From the NCBI GenBank assembly GCA_964016885.1, contig OZ024740.1, positions 81,406,001 to 81,470,000 on the forward strand: a stretch of DNA of 64,000 nt, given 5' to 3'. Positions 1 to 10,599 of this stretch are shown piece after piece. The first letter of the stretch is position 1; every line of letters starts with the position of its first letter. Made by a program: the position numbers and the translations under genes. This DNA comes from Eledone cirrhosa (taxonomy: Eukaryota). The notes beneath the pieces are model-generated. The model did no database searches and had not been told where the DNA came from. It saw only the letters and a program-made list of their open reading frames with translations.

Positions 1-636
1 AAAGAAAAGTCTGGCATCGAAAGGAGAAATGCCCCACAAGTAAGATAATTTGGTAGATACTTGAAAAATCCAGCCATACACTAATCAAAGCAAGAGATGT
101 CACTCTTTTATTGAAAAAATTAGAATATTACAAGTTTTCTTAGCTCCGAACTATAATTATTTGAACTGAAAGAGCTAAGGTTTTAGAGGATGCCTCGTTT
201 CTCAAATGTAAACTGCTTGCTAAGTGGACATACTCAACAAATTCAACTGATTTTCAACCATCTTAATTTGATTTATATAGCTTTTTCGACACTTACATTA
301 TACAGTAATTTCTATATTACATATCGCAACATAATACCATTTATCCATCATATCCCACGAATGCTAAGCCGTGTACGACTACGCTATTTCGAGTTTACGA
401 CAGGGAGTCATTTGCCTTTTTTATAATACGGTTTTCGTAAACTAGCGTTTTAGAACGCTTTACTTTTAACGGTACCAGCGAGGGGAAATTAGGTCGCAAT
501 TTTGATCCCTCTTACATTCTGAAGATATGGTCAATAATGGGTTTGAAAGCTCATGTAGCCTATTTGTTCCGTGTATGATTATAAGTAAATGATATAATAT
601 AATACAATATAATATAATATAATATAATATAATATA

Positions 637-749
<113 letters not shown>

Positions 750-767
750 GTATAGGATTATCCAGTC

Positions 768-879
768 TGCTCTGAGGAGACAGTGGTCACAGCATTGGAT
801 ATTTGAGTTCTGCAAGTACTTGTGAATTTGCACGTAGCATAACTAGGATGCAGTACCACCGTGGAAACACTTGTAAGCA
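768..879 (+). ncRNA. Type I hammerhead ribozyme with long stem II
   Basis: tgct-CTGAGGA-gacagtggt...accaccgtg-GAAAC-actt-GTA-agca; stem I tgct/agca, GUA cleavage triplet, about 85 nt stem II region. Confidence 0.7.
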
Positions 880-1014
880 CACGGAATAAATTACCTTTTT
901 ATGATGTCTACCTGTTATTATTCATTCTTTATATATATATATATATATTAGCCGTCGAAATGGCTTGAGCTCAGCCGTCGGGGTCTTACTTGTTCCTATA
1001 GATAGATAGATAGG

Positions 1015-1058
<44 letters not shown>

Positions 1059-1207
1059 AATTTTGAGTATATGTTGTTTGTATACCAACACCCCAGTTTG
1101 CAGGCTGGAGCACTCGACGAAGTGCGCAGGTTGGTTTGGTTACTCCGGAGTAATGTAAAATAAAGTTACATAAAAAGTCAAATGTTTAAAATTTAGCTTC
1201 GTTTATT

Positions 1208-1262
1208 ACTGCTATATATATTTCAGTGACAGCCATCTTTGGCTGTGACCACTTCAGGCAGT
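1208..1262 (-). ncRNA. Type I hammerhead ribozyme (A9 mutated)
   Basis: Minus strand actgc-CTGAAGT-ggtcacagcca aaga tggctgtcact-GAAA-tatata-TA-gcagt. Confidence 0.7.
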
Positions 1263-1610
1263 CCGAATTAGTGTGGTAGAGACAAGTACATATGTTGTTG
1301 AGGTGTATACTTTTGTCAATACTCTGATATGTCCAGTTCCTGGTTAGGTTGTTATTTCTCTGAGGAACTGGAATCATATGAATTCAAACAAACGAATTTC
1401 AGTGTCAAAGGGCCTCTTCTCCTCTCATTGGTCAGTTGTTAGAACATTCCTCATTCTAAGTGTTGTTATTGTTGGAGTTAGCTTAAACAATTGATAAAGT
1501 GGTAGAAGGAACAAGGTGGTAAAGAACAAAATAACAAACAAAAAAAAAGACTATTGACAAAATTATACACCTCAACAACATATGTACTTGTCTATACCAC
1601 ACTAATTCGG

Positions 1611-1665
1611 ACTGCCTGAAGAGGTTGCAGCCAAAGATGGCTGTCACTGAAATATATATAACAGT
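1611..1665 (+). ncRNA. Type I hammerhead ribozyme
   Basis: actgc-CTGAAGA-ggttgcagcca aaga tggctgtcact-GAAA-tatata-TA-acagt; palindromic stem III. Confidence 0.75.
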
Positions 1666-1732
1666 AATAAACGAAGCTAAATTTTAAACGTTTGACTTTT
1701 TATTTTACTTTATTTTTTATATATATATATAT

Positions 1733-3600
1733 TAGTTTTGCGAGGTTTTTTATATGAAATCGTGTGTCGAAACAAATATTGTTATACTTGGGGACGGTCA
1801 TATTTGTGTAATATTGCCAGAATTAATAACAGAACACACTCACTGTTTGGTTGGTTTTCGCTTCTCGCTTCTGTGTCTTTTATATCGGTAATCTAACTTA
1901 CTCGGTCCTCAATGTTGCCATTGACGGACCGACGGTCAAAAATAATACAGATACAATATAGACACAAACACATATATATAGTTTATCATAAATCTTTCGT
2001 TGCACATCTGCAACATCGTCAGTGGTGTTATCGTTTCCTCCTGTTGTATTATATGTCTACGCCATTTTTATTCAGTCTGTCTATATATTTATTTATTTAT
2101 TTGCTTGTTTGTTTATTTTATTTTGTCTTCTTTGCGCATGCGTTTGCGTGTGTGTAGTGTTTTTTTTGCTGTGTGATGGGTGACTAGTGTGTGTTTATGT
2201 GCTTGTTGTTATTGTGTTTGTGTATGTATTTACTTATTTATTTATTTATTTATTTTATTTTATTTACTTATTTATACTTCTCTTAGGTCAGTGTTGTTTG
2301 TTTGGGTGTTGTTGTTATTCCATTCATTCTTTCTGTTTAGTCTTAGCCTTCTAATTTCTATTTTACTGGCCTCTCTGATTTGCCTATCTGCTGGGTCATT
2401 TCTATGTTTAGATATTATTCTAATTTCTATGTTGTCTATGTTACCGTCATGTTGTTTTCTAGCATGTTCGTATAGTACTGACCCGTTTTTTCGTCCTTTT
2501 AGTTCCCCCCAGTGTTGGTCTATCCTTTCACCTATGCTACGAGCTGTCTCACCTATGTATGTTGTTGTCATGTTTCTGCAAGTACTCTCTGTACATCTTA
2601 TGCTATAGACTACGTTTCAAGTTTTACAGTTTATCCAGGGGTTTACCTTACATACGATACACTTCCTATTGGTACAGTGGGTTTTCTGAAAAGTGTAGGT
2701 TTTGCTGATCAGGGATTTTATGGTGGTTCCTGGCTTTTCTACCACCTTAATTTTTAAGTGGGTCTTTCTCAGGGCCTTTCTAAACTGGTTAGCTAATTTC
2801 CCTCCGGGGGTAGCGTCCACAAAGATGACACTCTGGTATCTCTGGTTGTCGTACCATGAGGTGGCTTTCCCTATCTTATGTCTAGCCCTATCTAAGCTAT
2901 TCCATGATTTGCTCCTGTATAATGGGCAAATTCCTTTCATGTCCAGTTCTATGAGTGTCTTATACTTCTCCATGGATCCTTCGTATACTCTAACTCTGTC
3001 TCTTTGGTTGTAGCCAGAGAACTGCACGCGGTTGATGAAGTGTTGGATGTGTCTTTCCATTTCTGTTGGGTCGCACATGCGGGACACATTCTTCATCACT
3101 CGTACGAAATCTGCGATCAGAATATTAAACTTAGCACTACTGGACACTGCTGAGTTTTTGAGTATCAGGTATTTGGAGGCCATGGGTTTAACATAGTTTG
3201 AGTGGAGAATTTGGGCTCTCTCGTCTATAGTGTTAATCCAGAGTTCTGTGTCTAATACAGGTAGTCTATTGTTAGGGTGTTTGGAAGGGGAGTCGATAGT
3301 TACAGTTATACTCTGGTGTATGGAATTAGCTATCTGCTGGATGCTTTCCATCGTGCTACGTTCTAAATCAAACTTGTTAGTGCTTTCTTGTGGGGATGTT
3401 CTTATAACTATATTGATATCGTCTACATAACGAGAGTACATGATGAGGTGTATGGAGCTCTCATTAAGGAGATCTTTAAGTCTCCTTTCCCACCATACCA
3501 TGAAAAGGTTGGCAACATCACCAGCTATGCTGACGCCAATGGCTGCTCCCTCATTTTGGGTGTAGATCTTCTCGTTGAACTTAAATATGTGGCCCTTTAG
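1733..3600 (-). mobile_element. 5'-truncated Penelope-like retroelement (RT + GIY-YIG), possibly Naiad-like, with pLTR
   Basis: ORF 2617-3501 has YSRYVDD, LPVLD, VKPMAS and a Cys cluster; ORF 2272-2571 has YIGETARS...REA; one in-frame stop; HHR in the 3' region. Confidence 0.93.
1984..2027 (-). ncRNA. pLTR hammerhead ribozyme (weak stem I)
   Basis: Minus strand cacca-CTGACGA-t-gttgca gatg tgcaac-GAAA-gatt-TA-tgata. Confidence 0.7.
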
Positions 3601-3602
3601 AG

Positions 3603-3667
3603 TAGTGCATTACTGGTACTTTATTTTATCGACCCCGTAAGGATGAAAGGCAAAGTCAACCTCGGCA
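3603..3667 (-). mobile_element. SINE fragment
   Basis: Matches the gcctttcatccttacggggtcgataaaataaagtaccagt body of the copy at 10414. Confidence 0.8.
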
Positions 3668-4169
3668 TAATAATGCCCGTTTACAATTGTTTCGCAACTC
3701 TATATAATGTTTCTGGATCAAATGATTATAGATCATTACGGATCTGGTTCAGATGAAGATAATTAACTTAAGTAAAAATGGAGCAGAATGAAATAAGGAA
3801 TATAAAATAAGGTAAATAAAGATGGTTACATGAATGTAATATTCCATAAATTGGTATTTCACTATGTTGTCCTGGGTCTATCTATTGTCTGGTATAGGTG
3901 AGCAATATTCTTCAGTCGAGGCTGCTTTTTGCGAAATCTGCCTATGCGTAACATATTTTTGATTGAATAATCCAAATCATAAAGGTCCATCATAAGGGTC
4001 ATAAAGGTCCAGTTATGCGTAACATATATATATGTGTGGGTGGGTGTGTGTCTATACTTCCACTCATACATAAATGGGCGTGCGTCTGTGCATAACTATA
4101 CAGTCCAACTTACACAATCACGCACGCACACATACACCGCTTCATATGTATGAGTGTACAGACATACAG

Positions 4170-4228
<59 letters not shown>

Positions 4229-4233
<5 letters not shown>

Positions 4234-5130
4234 GAATAATCGAGTATCGAAAAATCGGCGCACGAGTTCACGATAAACAAAATTCGAAATGAGCGGCAGA
4301 GGGCTCAATAATTCAGATAAAATCAGAGCTATAACTATCGTTAAAATACCGTCACACATAGAACATGTCTATAATCAACCATACGACCGAAAAATTGCGA
4401 TCTGGAAGATTCGGGACACTCAGATAAAATATCAATAAATCAATAAATCAAATGAATGTAAAAAGCATACCCGGACCCGCTAGAAAGATGGTAAATCTAG
4501 CTTCTTGGGTTTCTGTAAATCCTTAAACTGCCCTCTATCAGCTCACATAAAAATATATAAGACTTCTAGAAGCCAGCGGACCGGAATTTACTTCCTCAAC
4601 GAGCTGTTGTCCGAACGAATGAAAAGGCATAACCCAGGTTGAAAAAACGCACATGGAATTCAGCAAGGGAGATAACCTATATATCCGCAAAAAATATTCG
4701 GGAAAATGTGGAAATACACATATCGAATATGAGTGCTCAATAGACATGTTAACATAAACAGGAGCTATTCATCATTTAATAGAATCGACAAAAAATGAAC
4801 AATAAAATTAACTGGTCCATAGCTAGGTCTAGAGCTAAATATAGTAGAATAATCGAGTATCGAAAAATCGGCGCACGAGTTCACGATAAACAAAATTCGA
4901 AATGAGCGGTAGAGGGCTCAATAATTCAGATAAAATCAGAGCTATAACTATCGTTAAAATACCGTCACACATAGAACATGTCTATAATCAACCATACGAC
5001 CGAAAAATTGCGATCTGGAAGATTCGGGACACTCAGATAAAATATCAATAAATCAATAAATCAAATGAATGTAAAAAGCATACCCGGACCCGCTAGAAAG
5101 ATGGTAAATCTAGCTTCTTGGGTTTCTGTA
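4229..5130 (-). repeat. 1.5 tandem copies of a 613 bp non-coding unit containing an HHR
   Basis: 4229-4517 is repeated at 4842-5130; flanked by TA runs. Confidence 0.85.
4470..4603 (-). ncRNA. Hammerhead ribozyme with long stems II and III (U3/G8 core)
   Basis: Minus strand ctcg-TTGAGGA-a-gtaaattc...ggatttac-a-GAAAC-cc..gctaga..tctagc-gg-GTC-cggg. Confidence 0.6.
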
Positions 5131-5134
5131 TATA

Positions 5135-5330
5135 TGTAGGAACAAGTATGACCCAGACGGCAGAGCTCAAGCCGTTACGACGGCGAATTCTGAGTCCAGA
5201 ATTAGCCGTCGATACAACTTGAGCTCTGTCGTCGGGGTCATACTTGTTCCTATTACCCACTCTACTACCCTAAGTATTGAGTACTTTGGTGCGTTATGGT
5301 CCATCTGGTTCCTTACCACATTTCCTTTGT

Positions 5331-5340
<10 letters not shown>
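5135..5340. repeat. Short fold-back interspersed repeat (family also at 948-998, 5703-5900, 46968-47095, 56428-56520)
   Basis: Shared gaccccgacggc(a/t)gagctcaagccgtttcgacggc motif and ggttccttaccaca tail; internal hairpin; sits in (TA)n. Confidence 0.8.
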
Positions 5341-5379
<39 letters not shown>

Positions 5380-5702
5380 GTGCGTTCCTTCCCACAAACA
5401 TACATATATACATATATACAAAACACATACAGGAGGAGATGATTTGGAATTGGAGATTTTACTTCACTAACCAATTAATCTAGTTCAGACCGCTCAGTCA
5501 ATTTTATCAAACAAGGCGCAAAGAGTTATGAAATAATATATCAAGTTGGCTTTTTCGACCTGTGACGCCAGTGCACTTTGCAAATGTCTAAGTGATGTTT
5601 TTCAAAACGTTAGGATACAATGAATCTACTTACTTGTAGATAATCCAGTGACACTTGAATAGTTGTTACGTCAATTAGAGCCAAATTTATGTATAAATAT
5701 AT

Positions 5703-5896
5703 ACATAGGAACGTATAGGACCCCGACGGCTGAGATCAAGCCGTTTCGACGGCTAATTGAGTCCAGAATTAGCCGTCGAAACGGCTTGAGCTCAGCCGTC
5801 GGGGTCCTACTCGTTCCTATTACCCACTCTACTACCCTAAGTAATGAGTCCTTTGGTGCGTTATGCTCCACCTGGTTCCTTACCACATTTCCTTCG

Positions 5897-5900
<4 letters not shown>
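5703..5900. repeat. Second copy of the short fold-back repeat
   Basis: Hairpin 5706-5821 centred near 5760; contains GAAAC-ggct..agcc-GTC. Confidence 0.8.
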
Positions 5901-5951
<51 letters not shown>

Positions 5952-6252
5952 GACAATCGATCGATGTTCGTCAAACCGGACCGAGGAAACCAAATTTCCC
6001 TTGGTCTTTCCAATCGGTAATACTATATATCGGTCGCAACGTAAAAGTGTCATGCCTGTGGTATGTATCGCTGCTCGTCCTGTCGGCTAAGAGTGGAATT
6101 TGCGTGGTAGTTATTCTAGAGGGAGGGGTAGGGCGTGTCATTGTCTATGTGCGTTTCTAAAGGTCTATGTAGATTTTGCGATGTTGTGCTGCTTGTCTGG
6201 TCGTTGTATGCTATCTTCTCTTTATATGCTCTTGGATAAAACAAAGCAGAGT

Positions 6253-6298
6253 AATCGACGATAGTACCGTTTCTCACTTGTAAGTGGTTTTCAAGACT
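6253..6298 (-). ncRNA. Hammerhead ribozyme, U3-A8 core variant
   Basis: Minus strand agtc-TTGAAAA-c-cactt ac aagtg-a-GAAAC-ggta c tatc-GTC-gatt; all three stems pair. Confidence 0.72.
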
Positions 6299-6704
6299 CC
6301 ATGCCTTACAAAGCCGTAGCTATGGAAAAACACCGGTGGCTATCACCACCTGGCGGTGTCTAGCAATACATAACTGTATACAGCTATGCTCGAGGCTAAA
6401 TTCTAATTCTATTCTGTTATAAGTTGAGCCAACTTATACAGCTTCATATGCAAGTGAGAATAATCACCTCATTTACAGAGACTAGAAAACTATACATTTT
6501 CGTCTGGTTTCGAGTGCAGCAGAGGCAAGAGCGGGAGGAGTTGGCAGGATGAGACCCATTTCGGTTCGGGATGCATCGACGATTGTTACCCTCGCTTCTG
6601 CTGGACACCGCCAGCTGGTGATGGCCACCGGTGATTTTGCATAGCTACGGCTTGCTAAATGTTTATTTATAAACATTCCAATATATATATGAATATATAA
6701 ACGT

Positions 6705-6770
<66 letters not shown>

Positions 6771-6805
6771 ATATATACATACATAATAATATATATGTTT
6801 ATATG

Positions 6806-6867
<62 letters not shown>

Positions 6868-8334
6868 TATGTATGTATATATATTATATTATATTTAATT
6901 ATATATTTAATTATATAGTTTATTGATGAGGTCATATACCACATATATTATAAGATTTATATTCTGTCAATATAAAACTTCGTCTCTTGAAACATACGGA
7001 GTAAGTATTTCATAAAGATTTCAAAACTGTTGCATTTTAATTACAAATGTGTCTCTTTGTATTCGTTAGCTGAAGTCAAAATACGTACATAACTTTATGG
7101 TAGAGGGCGGGACAAATAATACTGTTTTGTAACATCTAAACTATGTAATTGAAGCAGCTGCAATTTACTTTTGAAATCCTACATTGAATATAAATTTGAA
7201 GATAGTATCAACACACTTTACGTTAAATGTTTATATCCTCGACCAGTTCACTATATTTTCTTATGAGAATGCTGTAAATCTTTACATAACGGGATCTATA
7301 TAATCGTACATTTCTGATAAATTATGAGATTCAATTGGATCATTATTCGCTATTTATATATGTTAATTATTCATTGCCAAATATGTGCGATTTAGATTGA
7401 CTCGTCTTTGAGTCGTATATTTTAGACAAAGTTACAGAGTTCTATAATCCCTACTGTAAGAGATATAGCAGCATAGATAATTTATGTAAGGAAAAAATGT
7501 ATGTGTCAATGACACTATGGGATTTGTGAAGGGTTGACTAACTTTAAAAATATTTGTGATTCTCGCATATTGAAACTTCTTGTATTAGTACATCATTCAT
7601 AGCATAATGCACCTTTAATCATATTACACGTGATATAGATAGCACTGAAGCTATGTACATTGAAATACACCGGATGCTATAATGAATTTCAAAGATAGCT
7701 ACTGACACATATTATTGTCCATGTATAAACATTGAGAATTGCTAACGAGAAGTCTAAATCTTTTGCTCAGAATTTATTTGTACGCATTGCTTTTGTAAAC
7801 TCTCAGAACTTTAAATCGCTCTCTTATATATTTAAAAGCAAGTCATGAGTAGTGTTATATTTAGTGTTAGAGAAAACTGTATCTTTTTTTCTTTTCAAAA
7901 TATATTTTCAGACTAAAGATGTTACATATGGCCGTAGGCAAACACACTCATATATACGCACAAGCACACAAATATACCAACAGACAAACAGAGGAACATG
8001 CACACATATCTACATTTAATCTGGATTGTAAGGGGAATAAATGTAGATCGTAAAATATATTGAATATATAACTGTGTTATAGATTGAGCGGTTTTAAAGG
8101 AATTATCCGATGCTTTAATTTGTTAGGACTTCCAGAAGTTCTATATTTCACAATTGGTCAAGATATGTTCACTATACTTGTGTATGTAGTCACATATAAC
8201 TCCACTCCACTGTAAATCTCTATTAGATACTATACCACTGGTGTAAAATGCACATGCATTGTCCTGTATATACCATTACAATTCAAATTTGCATTCATCA
8301 AACAGTATTTAACAAATATATATATATATATATA

Positions 8335-8750
8335 AGAATGTACACGTACATACATATATGTATACATACGTACAGTAGTATGTATATATATATATACATA
8401 CATGCACACATATATATATGTACGTATGGATTCACCGAACATTTATTATAAAGCTCGGTGTGTTTCTAAACAAACATCCCGTATTAAGCCGTAGTCCAGC
8501 AACCATCGTTGCTCGTTTGTTCAACACTGACAAAGGAACGCTGTACTAGTTTCAAGCATTATAAACACACCGAGCATTATAATAAATGTTCGGTGAATCC
8601 ATACGTGCATATATATATGTGTGCATGTATGTATATATATATATATACATACTACTGTACGTCTGTATACATACATCTATGTACGTGTACATACTTATAT
8701 TTAAGTAACAGCCGTACTAAGAGTGGGAAATGAAATTTCGTTTCATTTTT
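8335..8750. repeat. Fold-back copy of an HHR-bearing repeat (family also at 26757-27090 and 47610-48365); HHR truncated here
   Basis: Inverted arms around 8555; tactagtttc half-core retained. Confidence 0.75.
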
Positions 8751-8837
8751 TCCGTTTATATATATATATACATACATATATATGGGAAAATGAATTTTTT
8801 TAATTTAAAAAAAAAGTATCTCCTGCACGAGTGAAAG

Positions 8838-9059
8838 TATAAGGAAAAGAAATCGAAAATGCAACTGGAGTTTTTTAAAGATATTAGTATGTCTCCACTA
8901 CTGGTTTCGCAGTTCTTATCCTTTTCAAAAGTAGAATTGAGATGGAGGGTGTGTGGTTTTTCTCGCAATGCTACTTTTGAAAAGCATAAGAACTGAGAAA
9001 CCAGTAAAGGAAACGTGAATATTCTGAAAAAGATTCCAGTTGCATTTTCGATTTCTTTT

Positions 9060-9066
<7 letters not shown>
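8838..9066. repeat. Fold-back element with an HHR motif in each arm
   Basis: tataaggaaaagaaatcgaaaatgcaactgg (8838) is inverted at 9035-9066. Confidence 0.8.
8974..9009 (+). ncRNA. Minimal hammerhead ribozyme, U3-A8 core variant
   Basis: ctt-TTGAAAA-gca taagaac tga-GAAAC-ca-GTA-aag; the inverted copy at 8896-8931 also has TTGAAAA and ends stem II in tgc. Confidence 0.6.
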
Positions 9067-9137
<71 letters not shown>

Positions 9138-9145
<8 letters not shown>

Positions 9146-9440
9146 ACTTGGGGAGGGGCATATTGTTGTCATAATATTGCCAGAATTAATAACTGTTTGG
9201 TTGGTTTATGCTTCTGTTGTATCTTTTATATCAGTTAATTTATTCGGTCCTCAATGTTTACCATTGACTGACCAACGGTCTTAAATACAGATATAATATA
9301 GACACAAACACATATATAGATAGTCAAACAAAGTTCTTTCGTTGCACATCTGCAGCATTGTCAGTGGTGCTATTATGTTTCCTCATGTTGTATTGTATGT
9401 TTACGCCATCTTTATTTAATCTGTTTATTTATTTATTTAA
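9138..9440 (-). mobile_element. Solo pLTR of the PLE family at 1733-3600, degenerate HHR
   Basis: Homologous to 1778-2100; minus strand ctgacaa..gaaagaact; ends in the MPLPKYNN ORF start. Confidence 0.8.
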
Positions 9441-9849
9441 GTGAAAATGACTTAAAATATACAAATTATTTGTATACTGAGTATATATATATTTCAGCTT
9501 TCTTTAAACAGAATATTTTAATTATTAATAAATATTTTTTAAGTGAATATGATTTGAAAAATACGAGTTGTTTAAACAGACAATCTTTTCATTATTTAGT
9601 CATATTTCTAAATGATGATTTAAAAATAATATTTGTTGAGGTAATAGGAATTTTTACTAAGGTGAATACGATTTTCGATTCTTGAATAATGCCTCAACGA
9701 TGAAGAAAGAAAACATCTGGTTGGTCTATGGATAGTGGAAAGAGAGTATGGCTAAGGGGAGACGAAGAAGGTGAGCAAGACAGTGGTCAATGCCAACAAT
9801 ATCAGGACAGACATGCGAATAGAAGGATCGATCAGGCTGATAAAGCAAG

Positions 9850-10200
9850 GGCTGGCAGAACAGAGGGAAAGAGACAGAAGCAGGAGAGATCATAAATCGG
9901 ATGGTCGGAGAGCTGAGCGCCTGGCGGAACAGAGGGAAAGGGACAGAAGCAGGAGAGATCATGAATTGGATGGTCAGAGAGCTTAACGTCTGGCGGAATA
10001 GAGGGAAAGAGACAGAAGCAGGAGAGATCATGAATCGGATGGTCAGAGAGCTTAACGTCTGGCGGAATAGAGGGAAAGAGACAGAAGCAGGAGAGATCAG
10101 GAATCGGATGATCGGAGAACTGAACGTCTGGCGAAACAAAGGGAAAGAGACAGAAGCAGGAGAGATCATGAATCGGATGGTCCCAGAGCTGAACGTCTTT
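9850..10200 (+). repeat. 60 bp coding minisatellite (about 5.5 units) in the Helitron N-terminus
   Basis: Unit encodes RLAEQRERDRSRRDHESDGQ-like charged repeats. Confidence 0.85.
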
Positions 10201-10413
10201 GCCAACAAACCATTAGGGATAGAAAATTGGAATTAATACTCAATCAATATAATACTCAATCAATATAACCCTACGTTGCTTCATTTCGAATGGCAAAAGA
10301 ACAAATTAAAAATATTCCCGAAGCTTCGATTATTATTGATCCTGATAGGAGACCAGCAATGGAACATGTGAGAAGATTCAATGCACAAACAGCAAACGAA
10401 GTTGCGTTATTAT

Positions 10414-10599
10414 GGATTGGCAGTATCGGTAGAGGGTCGCACGCCATGCTTTCCAGCATAGTTACGTCCCTTTACGATCTGAGTTCAAATCCCGCCAAGG
10501 TTTACTTTGCCTTTCATCCTTACGGGGTCGATAAAATAAAGTACCAGTAATGCACTGTGTAATTGCTGGCCTTGTGCCTAAAGTAGAAACAGTTATTAT
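10414..10599 (+). mobile_element. Full-length tRNA-derived SINE inserted in the Helitron ORF
   Basis: A box tggcagtatcgg, B box gagttcaaatcc, Nin/Deu-like body gcctttcatcc..ggggtcgataaa; gttattat at 10406-10413 and 10592-10599 may be a TSD. Confidence 0.88.

Larger units (their letters stand above)
1155..1718. repeat. Fold-back element (about 165 bp inverted arms) with an HHR in each arm
   Basis: 1155-1322 is the reverse complement of 1551-1718. Confidence 0.85.

Noticed and set aside
3675-3695. GAAAC-aatt-GTA half-motif on the minus strand
   Set aside because: No matching 5' core or stem I found nearby.
9850-10200. CRISPR-like periodic array
   Set aside because: Pure tandem 60-mers without unique spacers, in eukaryotic context, part of the Helitron ORF.
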